A DNA stretch of 64,000 bases from Eledone cirrhosa. Lineage: Eukaryota. Location: positions 156,798,001 through 156,862,000 of the forward strand of contig OZ024743.1 in the NCBI GenBank assembly GCA_964016885.1, in the 5' to 3' direction. A program made the translations under genes and the position numbers. This document shows, in pieces, positions 25,773-38,977 of the stretch (the first letter of the stretch is position 1; every line of letters begins with the position of its first letter). The notes below the pieces were generated by a model. The model saw nothing but the letters and a program-made list of their open reading frames with translations, did no database searches and was not told the origin of the DNA.

Positions 25773-27069
25773 CTCTCTATATATATATATATATATATGG
25801 ACAATAGAATTCGCTGTGTAGTTGCTAGTTAGGCAACCGATGAGGACCCCCCCCCCCGTTGTTGTTTACTTCGTATATATGTGTGTGTGTAAGATTATAC
25901 ATATGCGCACATGTATGCATATATAGATATTCTCCAAGATTGGATTATGTCTAGTAATTCGATACCATTTATTCAGTGTATATAGCTAACAATCTTATAT
26001 ATTCTTAATATTTTCATATTTTCCAATGCCAATTAAGATTGATATGCTGAAAATTATTATTTCAATTTTTTATCAAGAGTTTTCTTTTTCCTGCTTATTA
26101 AATCAATTTATATTCAGAGTTTCATATAAATTCGAAGTTAAATATGGCATTAAAAGCGATAAGGCTTTCTAATATGATAAAAATATTAAATTGATAATAT
26201 TTTTAGAAACTTTAGGAATTTCCTGGAATTTGTCCAAATAATATATAAGAAGGTAATGTTCTGTATCTTTCACACATTATTTCATAATAAAGTGCATCCA
26301 AGCAGAACCAGGTCACTGATTATAGCTTTCTACCTTTGTCTAAGAATTTTCAACTACTATATTTGTGTATGTAATGAATTGATTCAAGAGTCGTTAATCT
26401 TCATTTCTAAACTAGATTATTTACTGCAAAGATAAATGTGTGAAAGTCTATAATACTTTATCGGAAGAATGTAGTATTCAATTATTAGAAAGATTTTCCA
26501 GAATCATTGTTGGCTTTCTTAAGAAAAGAGAACAAAAATCAATGGGAAATTGAAATCATCTGTAATGGTATTTCAGGCGAAACCAAGTTGAAGAGAGTTT
26601 AGTAGCAAGAGAAGTATGGACACAGAATTCAGTTGCAAAAGTTATTTAGCAGTGATAAGATGTCAACGAATATATACATATCACCTTCAAAACAATTAAT
26701 CTGTTGCTTGCTTATTCAACAAATATATTGCAATTGTATCGTACATATGTTTGTAGATTTTCTATGTTACAAGGACCCAAAATAAATTGTTTTACTGATT
26801 ACTAATCTTTTGTTAAAATCAAAGATACTGTAATGGTAATACTACATTCACTCCACCTAATAAACTTTTTCAAATCATGAGAGGATGATTGCATACTAGG
26901 TTTATATCTGATGTGTTTACAAATAATCATTGTTACAACGTTATTAAATACCAATGACACACTCCCAAGAATTGTATTATAAAATTCTTTATATGTAATC
27001 AAACATCGTATGTTACTTTCTGAAATACTATATGAGCATATATTACAAATTTGGAAACGTTTATAATAT

Positions 27070-27345
27070 CATTAGATGTTCAACTTCAACAATCAAAACC
27101 AGAAGATAGATGTTTAACGAATATGTTCTGCCGGTGATCAATTGTGGAAGTAAGATGTGGACAGTGCACAGCACTACAGCAGTGACACTTGTAGAGTCCC
27201 AAAGTAAAACGGAGCGTATAAAGCTCAGCGTGACCTTAAGTAAAAGGAAGAGCAGTAGCTGGATTCGACAGAAACTGGTGTGAAGGATATAATCGAGACC
27301 ACCAAGAAGTGCATACATAGATGAGCTGGCCACGGCCTTCGCTGG
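27070..27345 (+). mobile_element. RTE LINE 3' RT fragment
   Basis: MFNEYVLPVINCGSKMWT..QSKTERIKLSVTLSKRKSSSWIRQK..DIIE..AGH. Confidence 0.7.
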
Positions 27346-27402
27346 CAATCAATATTTATCATTGATTTACCAACGGTTAGAAATACACACACACACCACA
27401 CA

Positions 27403-27462
<60 letters not shown>

Positions 27463-27601
27463 GATTTAATGCTCTGAAATAGCGATATATATGTGAAGAC
27501 AAACATAGAATATTCGAAAATATTCTGTATGTTTATAATAAACATTTTGAAGACCTAATCGCTATAGAATAGAATACGTCACGTATTACAATTTGAGATT
27601 C

Positions 27602-27660
<59 letters not shown>

Positions 27661-27840
27661 TCAATACATTAACAGAGAGAGCCTTAAGCTATACTCTGAC
27701 TGGCTTCCATCTCACTCAACAAACATTAGGATATACATTAGTATAATCCCAATTTTACGTTTGGGGTGCTAAGTATATGTATTTTGCGGAAGGCCAGTAG
27801 TATTATTTTATATGAGACATAATTAAAATATATCTCCTTT

Positions 27841-27962
27841 TCCAAACAATTGTTTCATTATAAGTTTTCTACAAGTTGGGAGAATGTGTACGGGTTATGT
27901 AGAAGCCTTCACAACATTCCGTAGGAATATATGCAGGTGGGCACTTATAAATCATCAGTGGA
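27841..27962 (-). ncRNA. Type I HHR with long branched stem II
   Basis: TCCA CTGATGA T TTATAAGT...ACTTATAA T GAAA CAATTG TT TGGA. Confidence 0.75.
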
Positions 27963-28573
27963 TGCCCGTCAAACATCGATATAAAAAAAATTCTCTTACC
28001 GATGTTTTAATCCCATGTCAGCGATTGTCTCTCTCCGTATCAGAATGACCGCCAAATTTGAAATTCCAGCAGTCTCAGAATGAGGAGTCTCACACTGTCT
28101 TCAAGCGGAAAGGGGAGGTAATCGCGAAACACAAGGATTTAAAATAATATACACGTGGGTCAATTAATTTTTTCAACAATTTTAATCTCGCGTGTGAAGA
28201 ACACAATTAGATTTTAAAAAAATAAATATAAGCATGTATTATTTATACACGCATACTGGTATTTTCTTAGTCTAAAAACAGAGATATGATACCAGAATAA
28301 CAATCAATATTACATAGTAATAATAACTACGGAAAGTTACGCTTAAAAGGTATCTGGAAGTATTCATCTCAGGCCAAATCAAGAGTATAATATTCAATAC
28401 ATTAACAGAGAAAGCCTTAAGCTATACTCAGACTGGCTTCCATCTCGCTCAACAAACATTAGGATATACATTAGTATAATCCCAATTATACGTTTGGGGT
28501 GCTAAGTATATGTATTTCGAGGAAGGCCAGTAGTATTATTTTATATGAGACATAATTAAAATATATCTCCTTT

Positions 28574-28695
28574 TCCAAACAATTGTTTCATTATAAGTTT
28601 TCTACAAGTTGGGAGAATGTGTCCGGGTTATGTAGAAGCCTTCACAATATTCCGTAGGAATATATGCAGGTGGACACTTATAAATCATCAGTGGA
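28574..28695 (-). ncRNA. Type I HHR with long branched stem II (second copy)
   Basis: Same core and helices as 27841-27962. Confidence 0.75.
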
Positions 28696-28863
28696 TGTCC
28701 GTCAGAAATCGATATAAAAAAAATTCTCTTACCGATGTTTTAATGCCATGTGAGCAATTGCCTCTCTCCGTATCAGAATGACCGCCAAATTTGAAATTCC
28801 AGCAGTCCCAGAATAAGGAGTACGGAGGATGTTATAGTTCACTTGAAGCATTGTGTAATGAGG

Positions 28864-29163
28864 TATAAACGTTTGTATATGTATAATAAAGCCAAAACAA
28901 TGCAGGTATGGACATAGAATCAAAATTGCAAATACAAAAGATATTGTTGACAATTAGTCTTTTACCTTAGATTTATTCAAATGTCCTTAATTTTCGAGAT
29001 AATATCTCTTCTTCGGAGGGAAGAAGAGATATTATCTCGAAAATTAAGGACATTTAAATAAATCTAAGGTAAAAGGCTAACTGTCAACAATATCTTTTGC
29101 ATTTGCATTCTTTATTATAAGTGAATACCTGCATTGTTTTGGCTTTATTATACATATACAAAC

Positions 29164-29170
<7 letters not shown>
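28864..29170. repeat. Fold-back of a PLE pLTR end (~150-bp arms); U4C HHR at 28984-29020 on minus
   Basis: CCCT CCGAAGA A GAGATA T TATCTC GAAA AT TA AGG; same family as 47787-47945. Confidence 0.85.
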
Positions 29171-29257
<87 letters not shown>

Positions 29258-29273
29258 TAAAATAACAGATTAA

Positions 29274-29324
29274 AGTTTAAGCAAAGAATCGCTGCTTTCA
29301 CCCTTAACGGGATCTTCTGAAACT
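29274..29324 (-). ncRNA. HHR variant U4A (CAGAAGA)
   Basis: AGTTT CAGAAGA T CCC GTTAA GGG T GAAA GCAG CGATTCT TTGC TT AAACT. Confidence 0.55.
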
Positions 29325-30167
29325 AACAAAGTCAATCTGTAAACGCAGAACTGGATATTTCAAAAAACGTTGCAGCCGGAGGAAGACAGGAAGACGATAC
29401 TTTGGTTCGTGGTAACGTTCGCTGGCAAAGAACGGGAAAAAACGAATAATACGTCATTAATAGGAGCGGTGAAAAACAATTACGCGCAAAGACAAAACCA
29501 CGTTTATGGTATAAAAGAGGTCGTAGACTAATGTTCTCTTAGGTGGTGCATATAGACGTTCTCTGGCAATGAACGAAAAAACGAAGATAATAAGTCATAT
29601 GTGGAGCGTGGAGAACAAAAGCACGCAAAGACAAAACCACGTAAATGGTATAGCAAAAGTCGTAGACTAAAATTCTAACTAGGAGACCATATGAATCTCC
29701 GCTACAGAGTTAAGAACAAAGTAAATAAATACGATACAGAAGTAATAGAAACAAATAAATACATACACCCAAACAGATACGTACATACACAAGCATACGC
29801 AAAACCTTACCATAGGTATACAAAACCACGCACATATAAATATGTGTGTGTGTGTATGCTGGTGTACAAATAAATAAATAATTATATAAACGTATATAAG
29901 TAAATAAATACGTATATAACAAGCGCACACACATACCTACATATAAATACACGAATGTTCGGAGACGTAAGTCAACTAAAACAAGAAGTACACATATACA
30001 CACACCCACTATACGTACGAACCTGCATACTCACTCGGACGCAAAACTCCCGTATACACAGAGCCAAACCCTAAATACCAGAATATGTAAAAATGATACG
30101 CCATAACAGTCAAATATACGTACGAGAAGGTATACATACCTTCACAAAACATATGGGTAATATATGC

Positions 30168-30902
30168 TTACCTATGCAAATAAGTAAAGGAATAAACAAA
30201 ACATATACTTAGCTCCCACATCAAGACGTAAAATATCCACGTATAGATCGTGCTATCCGTTAGGGTATAACGTGGGGCTGTAATACAGGAAAGTTTTGTG
30301 CAATTTATGTTTACAAGCCGAAATTGCCTCAGATTTTTGTTTAAGATGTGGTCTGTGGCGTAGAGTATTTCCAGGGCCTCAGCGGCGCAGACGTCATATG
30401 GTCTTTTATTTCCGTTATACGATCTAGCCCTAGCTAGGATCTCCCAGTGTAACTTATATTGGGTGTGGTTGTCTTTTAGACTCCAGATATAAGCTGAAAG
30501 TGACGTCATATTCCTTCTTAGAGGGTAACGAACAGAATGGGTATGCATGTAAAGACGCTGCTTGAAACTATTGGCGGTTAACCCTATGTAGGCCCTGCGG
30601 GACGTGGGTGTTACAACCTTACATTTGTAGACAATGTTACTAGAGAGGCATTTCCCGGATAGGGGGCAATCAGCCCGATTCCTACAATTACAGTTAGTAC
30701 TAACTACAGGGTTGCACGTGTTCCTACGGCTAGGTAGTTTAGCTAAATTTGAAGCTGTGATGTTATGTGCAAGGTTAGGAGTCGTAGAGTAAGAAATTTT
30801 AATAGTATTACTATTAACAATTTTACTATATTTATGTGTAGGGGGAAAATGCTTCGTAATAAGGGAAAGAAAGATCTTAGCTAATGGTGTGGCCACCTCC
30901 AT
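30168..30902 (-). pseudogene. PLE linker + GIY-YIG endonuclease (frameshift near C-terminus)
   Basis: CNCRNRADCPLSGKCLSSNIVYKCKV..AYIGLTANSFKQRLYMH. Confidence 0.85.
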
Positions 30903-31726
30903 ATTATATGGTGGGTTATACCTTCTCGTACGTATATTTAACTGTTATGGCGTATCATTTTTACATATTCTGGTATTTAGGGTTTGGCTATGTGTATACG
31001 GGTGTTTTGCGTCCGAGTGAGTATGCAGGTTCGTACGTATGGTGGGTGTGTGTATATGTGTACTTCTTGTTTTAGTTGACTTACGTCTCCGAACATTCGT
31101 GTATTTATATGTAGGTATGTGTGTGCGCTTGTTATATACGTATTTGTTTACTTATATACGTTTATATAATTATTTATTTATTTGTACACAAGCATACACA
31201 CACACACATATTTATATGTGCGTGGTTTTGTATACCTATGGTAAGGATTTGCGTATGCTTGTGTATGTACGTATCTGTTTGCGTGTAAGTATTTATTTGT
31301 TTCTATTACTTCTGTATCGTATTTATTTACTTTGTTCTTAACTCTGTAGCGGAGATTCATTTGGTCTCCTAGTTAGAATTTTAATCTACGACTTTTGCTA
31401 TACCATTTACGTGGTTTTGTCTTTGCGTGCTTTTGTTCTCCACGCTCCACATATGACTTATTATCTTCGTTTTTTCGTTCATTGCCAGAGAACGTCTATA
31501 TGCACCACCTAAGAGAACATTAGTCTACGACCTCTTTTATACCATAAACGTGGTTTTGTCTTTGCGCGTAATTGTTTTTCACCGCTCCTATTAATGACGT
31601 ATTATTCGTATTTTCCCGTTCTTTGCCAGCGAACGTTACCACGAACCAAAGTATCGTCTTCCTGTCTTCCTCCGGCTGCAACGTTTTTTGAAATATCCAG
31701 TTCTGCGTTTACGGATTGACTTTGTT

Positions 31727-31777
31727 AGTTTCAGAAGATCCCGTTAAGGGTGAAAGCAGCGATTCTTTGCTTAAACT
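31727..31777 (+). ncRNA. HHR variant U4A (CAGAAGA)
   Basis: Mirror copy of 29274-29324. Confidence 0.55.
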
Positions 31778-31883
31778 TTAATCTGTTATTTTAATAAATA
31801 TTTGCTCTACGGTTCTTATATATTTGATATATATTTTCCTTATCGAGACCTCTTTGGATTTTAGTCTTCAATTTTATTATTAT

Positions 31884-31930
<47 letters not shown>

Positions 31931-31964
31931 TACAAGGGTGTGTATGATTGTGTATAGAAGATTA

Positions 31965-33890
31965 TATTAATAAAAGGAATTTCAACTTTGTCTGATTTAC
32001 TCGTTTTATTTACAATCCCTTTAAAATATATAATGGAATAGTATGGTAGAATATTAAATGTTAAGTCTTAATTGACTCAGTACTTTCATGCTTCCGCAAT
32101 CTTCAGGCTCATATTCTGTGGTGACAGTCAAGATTGCAATTTTCAACTATAATGAGATGGGGCAATGTTGTGCCTTATATACACTGAAAAGCGGCTACAG
32201 GATGCTAAGTTTTGCAAACTGTATTTCGACCAATCGGTGTGTAGTTTCACTGAATTACTAAAGCAGATTGGTTTAGGCGTCACGGTTGGTTGAGCACGTC
32301 TAACAACTACCGGTTGACCCTATCCAAAGCATCAATTGTTTTGCTAGTTTTAGAAATGATGAAAATAGTATTTTCTAGTATTCATCACCATCAACATCAC
32401 TTTATTATTATTATTGTTGTTGTTGTTAGTGGTCGTAGTCGACATGGTCGTAGTCATAGTCATAGTAGAAGTAATACCCCTAAGCGTTATTATTGTTCAT
32501 TAAGCTTGGGTTGGAATTTATCAATAAAATTATTTTCTTTGATTTTTCTCTTGATTTCGCTTGGGCTGTGTAATTTATAGAATGGAAATATTATAAATAT
32601 TCTCTGACCACATGTTGCTAGATGCTTACTCAGGGGTATCTGACGTACATTTGGGTCTCTGATTTGCTTTCGTTGCACCCGTGCACGTTCCGATAGTGCA
32701 TTTCCAGTTTGACCGACATATAGTTCTTCACAATTCGGGCATTTAATTCAGTAAATTAGATTTCTGCTTTTGCAGTTCATATTTGCATTTGGGAATATCT
32801 TTCCAGTTTTTGTGTTAATATATTGACCGGTGTGTATGGATTGACACGTGCATCTTCGACTATCATTGCATTTAGATACAGTGAATTGTTGGTCTTTGTT
32901 GTTAAGATCAAACTTTGCTTTTGTTAGTAATGCTTCGCATTTTTCGACTGTCTTTTACTAAGAATCAAAGATCGGTCTGTAATTAAGCCTTTTAATTCAT
33001 TACTTTGAGCAATGATCGGTAGTTTTGCCTTGGCAGTGTTGAAGATATTCTGGTGACATGGGTTGTGTCATTATAAATGGTATGACCAGTTCTTGGTTTC
33101 TTCTTCCTTGAGTTGTCCTAAGTTGTTGTATAGGTATTTTTATAGCCCGCTGTATGCCATTTTCTATGAGTAGAGATGGGTATTTTTGTTTGAGCAAACA
33201 TTCTCTCAGTTCTGTTAGGCGTTTGTGCGTGGTATTTGTATCTTAATATTTCGTATTTATAATATTTCCATTCTACAAATTACACAGCCCAAGTGAAATC
33301 AAGAGAAAAATCAAAGAAAATTATGTTATTGATAAATTCCAACCCAAGCTAAATGAACATTAATAATGGGCTATTACTCCTACTATGACTATGACTACAA
33401 CCATGTCACGCTTACTACTACAACTAACAACAACAACAATAATAATAATAAAAGTGAGGTTGATTGTGATGATTGCAAGAAAATACTATTTTCATCATTT
33501 CTAAAAATAGCAAAACAATTGATGCTTTGGACAGGGTCAACCAGTAGTCGTTAGATATGCTGCTCAACCAACCGTGACGCCTAAACCAATCAGCTTTAGT
33601 AATCCAGTGAAACTACACACCGATTGGTCGAAATACAGTTTGCAAAATTTAGCATCCTGTAACCGCTTTTCACTGTATATAAGGCACAAAATTTCCCCAT
33701 CTCATTACAGTTGAAAATTGCAAACTTGACTGTCACCACAGAATTTGAACGTGAAGATTGCGAAAGCATGAAAATACTTGTTCAATTAACACATAACATT
33801 TAATATTCTACCATACTATTCCATTATACATTTTAAAGGATTGTAAATAAAACGAGTAAATCAGACAAAGTCGGAATTCCTTTTATTAAT
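31965..33890. mobile_element. 5'-truncated Neptune-like PLE (minus, 31965-33245) with inverted 3' copy (plus, 33255-33890); decayed HHRs at 32072-32111 and 33745-33785
   Basis: KQKYPSLLIENGIQRA, C-NC..YVGQTG, PLSKHLATCG..FPFYK..KENNFIDKFQPKLN; HHR consensus TTGAAC CTGAAGA TTGC GRAA GCAT GAAA GTAC TT GTTCAA. Confidence 0.88.
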
Positions 33891-33930
33891 ATATATATAT
33901 ATATATATATATATAGTTTTAATATAGATG

Positions 33931-33981
33931 AGATTCTACAGGACTAGAACTGTTTCATTCATTAGAAATCATCAGGAATCT
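33931..33981 (-). ncRNA. Type I HHR (mirror copy of 34321-34371)
   Basis: Reverse complement of 34321-34371. Confidence 0.8.
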
Positions 33982-34320
33982 GGGTATCAAAAAATAAAAA
34001 TGGTATTTATAGGTCTCTACAAGTGGTAGGAGAGGGTGGGGAGTGGGATGGGTGTAGGTCATTGGTTGATAGAAAAGGGAATTCATTAAAAGCTAATTCT
34101 ACAAAGCTATATGCCATCCGGAACCTGTTTATAGAATTCTGTCTGCCCTTGTTACTCTAAAAACATAAATAAATATAAATAAAAATGAACTATAGATTTG
34201 TAGAATTAGCTTTTAATGAATTCCCTTTTCTATCAACCAATGACCTATACCCATCCCACTCCCCACCCTCTCCTACCACTTGTAGAGACCTATAAATACC
34301 ATTTTTACTTTTTGATACCC

Positions 34321-34371
34321 AGATTCCTGATGATTTCTAATGAATGAAACAGTTCTAGTCCTGTAGAATCT
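34321..34371 (+). ncRNA. Type I HHR
   Basis: AGATTC CTGATGA T TTC TAAT GAA T GAAA CAG TTCTAGTC CTG TA GAATCT. Confidence 0.8.
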
Positions 34372-34453
34372 CATCTATATTAAAACTTTTATACTCTGCT
34401 ATGTATTGAGTACCTTACTTACTGTGGTTACCTCCGATTCAACCCGGAATAAC

Positions 34454-34502
<49 letters not shown>

Positions 34503-36699
34503 GATAAATCCACCATTAATGGTAGGGTCTAAGCCGTATGAAGAACTCGATGTAATCCGTATGTAGAAGATGTCGTGTAGCAAAGTTTAAAATACAAAAT
34601 GTCAACGATATAATTCATTGGATACAGAGTCAAAAATACAAATAGTGAAAACAATGAAATTAAACAGAAAACTGTTAATTCATTGTAAAATTATCGTAGT
34701 AAGAAAATATACATACGTCTTCTCTACCCACCGTCTTCAGAAATAATGAGTTTTTTTTTTATTGAAGAAAAAAAAAAAAACATATATGAATAAGTAACGT
34801 TTTATAAACAAGGTTGAGATTGACCAATAGTAAACATAGGAAGAGGCAATATAGATCATTAAGTTTATAGTAGTAGATGAATAAATAAGCAGTCAGGAGA
34901 TGAGGTATCAAATGACTTTTAAGAAAATAAAGGAAAGTTGCGAGTGTAAAGGAATTTAGACATATTGTATTGGAAAAGTATGGATGGTCAAAGAAGATTA
35001 CAGTTGGAGAAAAAGGGGTGCAGAAATCAGTGTGCTACATCAAGTAGAATAGTATCGAATAATCCTAAATATTTTTTATTTCTTTGTTCGAGATTAATAA
35101 TTTGTTCTAAAAATAGAACTAGTAGAGGAATATAAATGGAACCAAAGGAAAGTAAAATTTAGATAAAAAATAGATAAAATACTATATAGGTAAGAAAATA
35201 CAAAAATGTGTGTAAGTATTGTATTAGAGTGGTCAGAAATATGTTTTACCTGTAGGGAATTATATTTTCGAATAAGAAATCTCATTAATAATCTGTTTTT
35301 TTTAAAAAGGGGTTTAAATGTATCTCCGTTAAAAGTGTTGTTAGATTGTTGAATATAATGTAATATATAGTGCTTATTAATAGTTAATTACTTAAAACGG
35401 TTATAGGGATGAGATATATGATTTAATCCATGGATTAATTCTAATAGCAGAATATATATATATATATATATATATTGGTAAAAGGAAAAGAAAATGCTGA
35501 CAAATTGTTCCCAGTGAAAAATAGTTTAATTAGGAATATATAAAAATTAGTAATAAGTATTGGCTAGTAATCAGTTTTGGTTTTAAGGTTTGACTGGTTG
35601 CGCATTTCTAATGCTTTTCAAAAATAATTTTGAGATAGAGCGCCCGTTATGTTTGCTCTAATCTGATTAATTTTGGAAATTCTACCTGTTTTATGTGAAA
35701 AAATTGGTTCCAGATGTATTATAATAAGTTTCGCGCCAATTCGTGTATCAAAAATTATTGTGGTCAAAACAAGTTTGATTGGTCGATAGTCATGTGAATG
35801 TTAAAAATTGATTTTGCGCCAAATGTAGGTTTGTCTCGGCTGATTGAGAAGTCACTGAAAAATAAGTATTTTAAGACAAATATGTGTGTGTGTGTGTGAG
35901 TAGTAGTAGTAGTAAAGAGGTTCATTGTTGTGATAATGGTCAGTAGGGATGTGTGTGTGAATTGCAGTCAAGTTGACAGGTCAACAGTTCAGGTGCTTAT
36001 TAAGACAAGTGTGTGTGTGTGAGTGAGTGTGTAGCAGAGTAATTCGTGGTAGAGGGATCGGACAGTATGAATGTGCCTGTACGTGTGTGGGGTATATTTT
36101 AACATGTTAAAAGATATTTTTCAGCTCTTGTCTTATACGGAGAAGTGTGTGTGTGTGTGTGTGTGTATGTCTATGTGTATGTTAGTGTATGTGTGTGTGT
36201 GTATATATGTGTGTGTGTGTGTATGTGTGTATGTGTGTGTGCGTGTGTGTGGGTGGACCAGTATTTTTGTGATACTGGTAAAAATGGTGTACATTATTCG
36301 ATATTTTCAGTAAAAACGATTCTCTCAATAGAACATCAAAAGCCTTAATAATAAATGGTGTGAAATGATATATAGTACTGTCATAACACCAAGGTGTGTG
36401 TGAGTGTCCAGACAGTACGTACTGCAAGGGGAATCCTTTAGGCCCTGCCGTATTGGAATATTGTGTACAAATATGTATGTGCCCATCAGTGTGCAATGCA
36501 TGTGTGCGTATATGTATGTGTGTGTATCGGCACGTTTATATCTATAGACATCAAAATGAATGTAAATTTGTGTATATTTGTGTTGCATCATAGAAGATGT
36601 GTGATTACGTATTGCATTGTGTGGATAGAGATGTATGTAGGATGTATGCTGATGTAGGTATGTATGTTGACGTGTGTATGTTGTGGGTTCGTCTTAGCG

Positions 36700-38950
36700 A
36701 GAAGTGTTTAGACGGGGTCCGTATTTGTTAATAAAGTGAGATTCCTTGCTGATGCGCTGGATGTGGGTGGCATTATTTTTAAATTTGTAGAGAGGAAAGA
36801 TTCTGAAGTTGGGATGATTTGGGGCTCAACAGGTATCAATGTGTTCACTCAGTGGTATTTTCCTGTATTCCCGTATTTTAATTTGGGATCTATGGACAGT
36901 CATGCGTTGGCGAGGCTGTTTTTGGTCTGGCCTATGTATTGTTCTCGACAACCTGAGCAAGTTAATACATATATTAGATTTTCTGATGCGCATGTGAAAT
37001 TGTGTTTTAATATAAAACGTTTTCCTTCTTTGAAATACAATTCCGAACCATCTATTAGGTTGATGCATATGCCACAGTTGGGTCTATCACATTTTTTTAC
37101 TGTGGGTTTCGTTGTTGTGGTTGGCAGTACTTTGGCATGGGTTAGGATGTTTTTCATTGACTTACATTGTCTTTTGCTCTTTATGATATCGTGTGTTCGT
37201 AGGATTTGGTTCATTCTATGGTCCCTTTTTAACACAGGGATGTTCTGGAGGATGGTTTCAAAGGCCTCATTGTTGAGGGGGTTGAGTGTGGAGGTGTATG
37301 GAAGAGATTTTAGTTGCGGTTGATTTACTTTAGGGTGTCTAAGTTCCTGGGTACTGAGTTTTAGGGCACGTTGGATTCCATTGTCAATTAGTGATGCAGG
37401 GTAGTACCTGCCTATGTGTGTGTCCTTTAGTTCTTGTAGCCGTAAGTAACAGGTGTTTTTATTGGAGACTATAGTACAGATTCTCTTGGCTAAGATGTAG
37501 GGAATATTAATTTTAACGTGTCTAAGGTGCCAAGAGTTGAAAGGAAGATATTGCTTGGAGTATGTGGGCTTGTAGTATATGCCTGTTTCTATTTTTTTTT
37601 TTGTTATGAATCTTAATGAGGATGTCGAGGAAGGGGAGTTGTTGATGGCTGTATTCCATCGTAAAGTTAATATTCGTATTGAGCCCATTTATAAGGGTGT
37701 GAAATTCTTTAAGTTTCTCGATGTTTTCGTGCCAAAGGGTGAAGTCATCTAGATATCGCTTCCAGTTCCTTTCTATGTGTAAGTGGAAAGTGTTTCCAAA
37801 TGTGTTTAGTACTTTAGTGTAGATGGTGATTTCCATGTATCCCATGACTAGGTTGGCATAAGTGGGGGCTGTTTTCGTTCCCATAGCGGTCCCAGATTTC
37901 TGCCTGTAGGATTTGTTATTGAAAACGAAGTAATATTTCTCCAAGATAAATTTGAGTCCCTCTATCACGAATTCTTGTTTGATGCGTTGTAGGAGTTCAT
38001 TGTGGTAATTATCCAGCCAGAATTGGATGGCTTCTATTCCTAGGTTGTGGGGGATGTTGGAGTATAGGTTGACTACATCGAACGTCACTAGTAGGGTTTG
38101 TTCAGACAGGGGCATATTAGGGAGGTGATTGAGCATATATAGGTCGTCCCTTATATAGCTTTTGATGTGTTTTAGAAAAGGCTTGAGAAGGTTATCAATG
38201 AAGTTGCTAAGGCGGTGGGTTTCGCAAGCGGGCCTGCTATTATAGGTCTTAATTTGAGATCATTGGGTGAGGGGACATTGATGACTATGTCTGTGGCTTC
38301 CTAGCATGCCTTACTTATTAATTCGCTTTTATGTACTTTAGGGATACCGTAGAAAAGGCTGGATTTACTTGTGAAATCTGTGATGAAGCTGGATTCCTTG
38401 TTAGTGAGTCCTTCTTTGTATTGGTTGATCAGAGTTTTTAGGTTTCTCATAATTTTCTGTTGATTGTAGTGTTCAGCCTTTTCGTAGTATGTTTCGTTTT
38501 CCAAAGTGGAGAGCGCTAAGTTGATATATAATTTTGTCTCCATTAGGACAACTGTACTCCCTTTATCAGCCTCTTTAATTGTAATGGTTCTGTCGGTTTT
38601 TAATCTACTTAATTCTTCCCATTCTTTCTTGTTGAGGTTTGGCTTGTGTTTTTGTCTGTGCAAGTGTTGGTAAGGGAAGTCTGTGATGTGTTCACAGAAT
38701 TCGTCCAGGATTTTATTTCTACCTTTTGATGGGGTGTATTTACTTCTATTTCTGGCTAATGATTCATCCTCATTGTACTGGTCGAATAGTTCTTCACTGA
38801 GTCGTAACTTTCTACAGAACCCTGTGATGTCTTCCTTCATTTCATAGTAGTTAGGACGTAGTGGGGTCGGTGTGAATTTAAGACCTTTGGAGAGTAAGTT
38901 CATAAGGTTGGGTGTTGGTTCTGCACTAGTTAGATTGATAATTGTTATTA
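36700..38950 (-). pseudogene. Neptune-type RT + Zn-linker + GIY-YIG ORF (frameshifted)
   Basis: LLSKGLKFTPTP, IKEADKGSTVV, FYGIPKVHK, RPII, TFDVVNLYSNIPH, GTAMGTKTAPTYANL, WKRYLDD, LPFLDI, YYKPT, CDRPNCGIC, NLIYVLTCSGCREQYIGQT. Confidence 0.93.
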
Positions 38951-38977
38951 CTCTCGGTTTCTGCTCCCTGTGTTGTG

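Larger units (their letters stand above)
27657..28821 (-). mobile_element. ORF-less tandem element: two ~430-bp direct repeats 733 bp apart, each with an HHR (retrozyme/non-autonomous PLE-like)
   Basis: 27657-28088 repeated at 28390-28821; abuts (TA)n; diverged relative at about 50910-51430. Confidence 0.8.
29255..31885. mobile_element. 5'-truncated Hydra-type PLE (minus, 29255-30905) with inverted 3'UTR/pLTR copy (plus, 30915-31885); same family as 12105-17740
   Basis: ORF 30168-30902 is near-identical to 15988-16644; arms are reverse complements; (TA)n on both sides. Confidence 0.92.
33915..34387. mobile_element. ORF-less fold-back element (~190-bp arms, ~90-bp spacer) with one intact HHR per arm
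   Basis: 33915-34105 is the reverse complement of 34197-34387; (TA)n on the left and after a ~70-bp tail on the right. Confidence 0.88.

Noticed and set aside
26030-26760. Faint resemblance to an hAT transposase remnant or a host exon
   Set aside because: Only vague motif echoes across many stops; cannot be supported without a tblastn/HMM search
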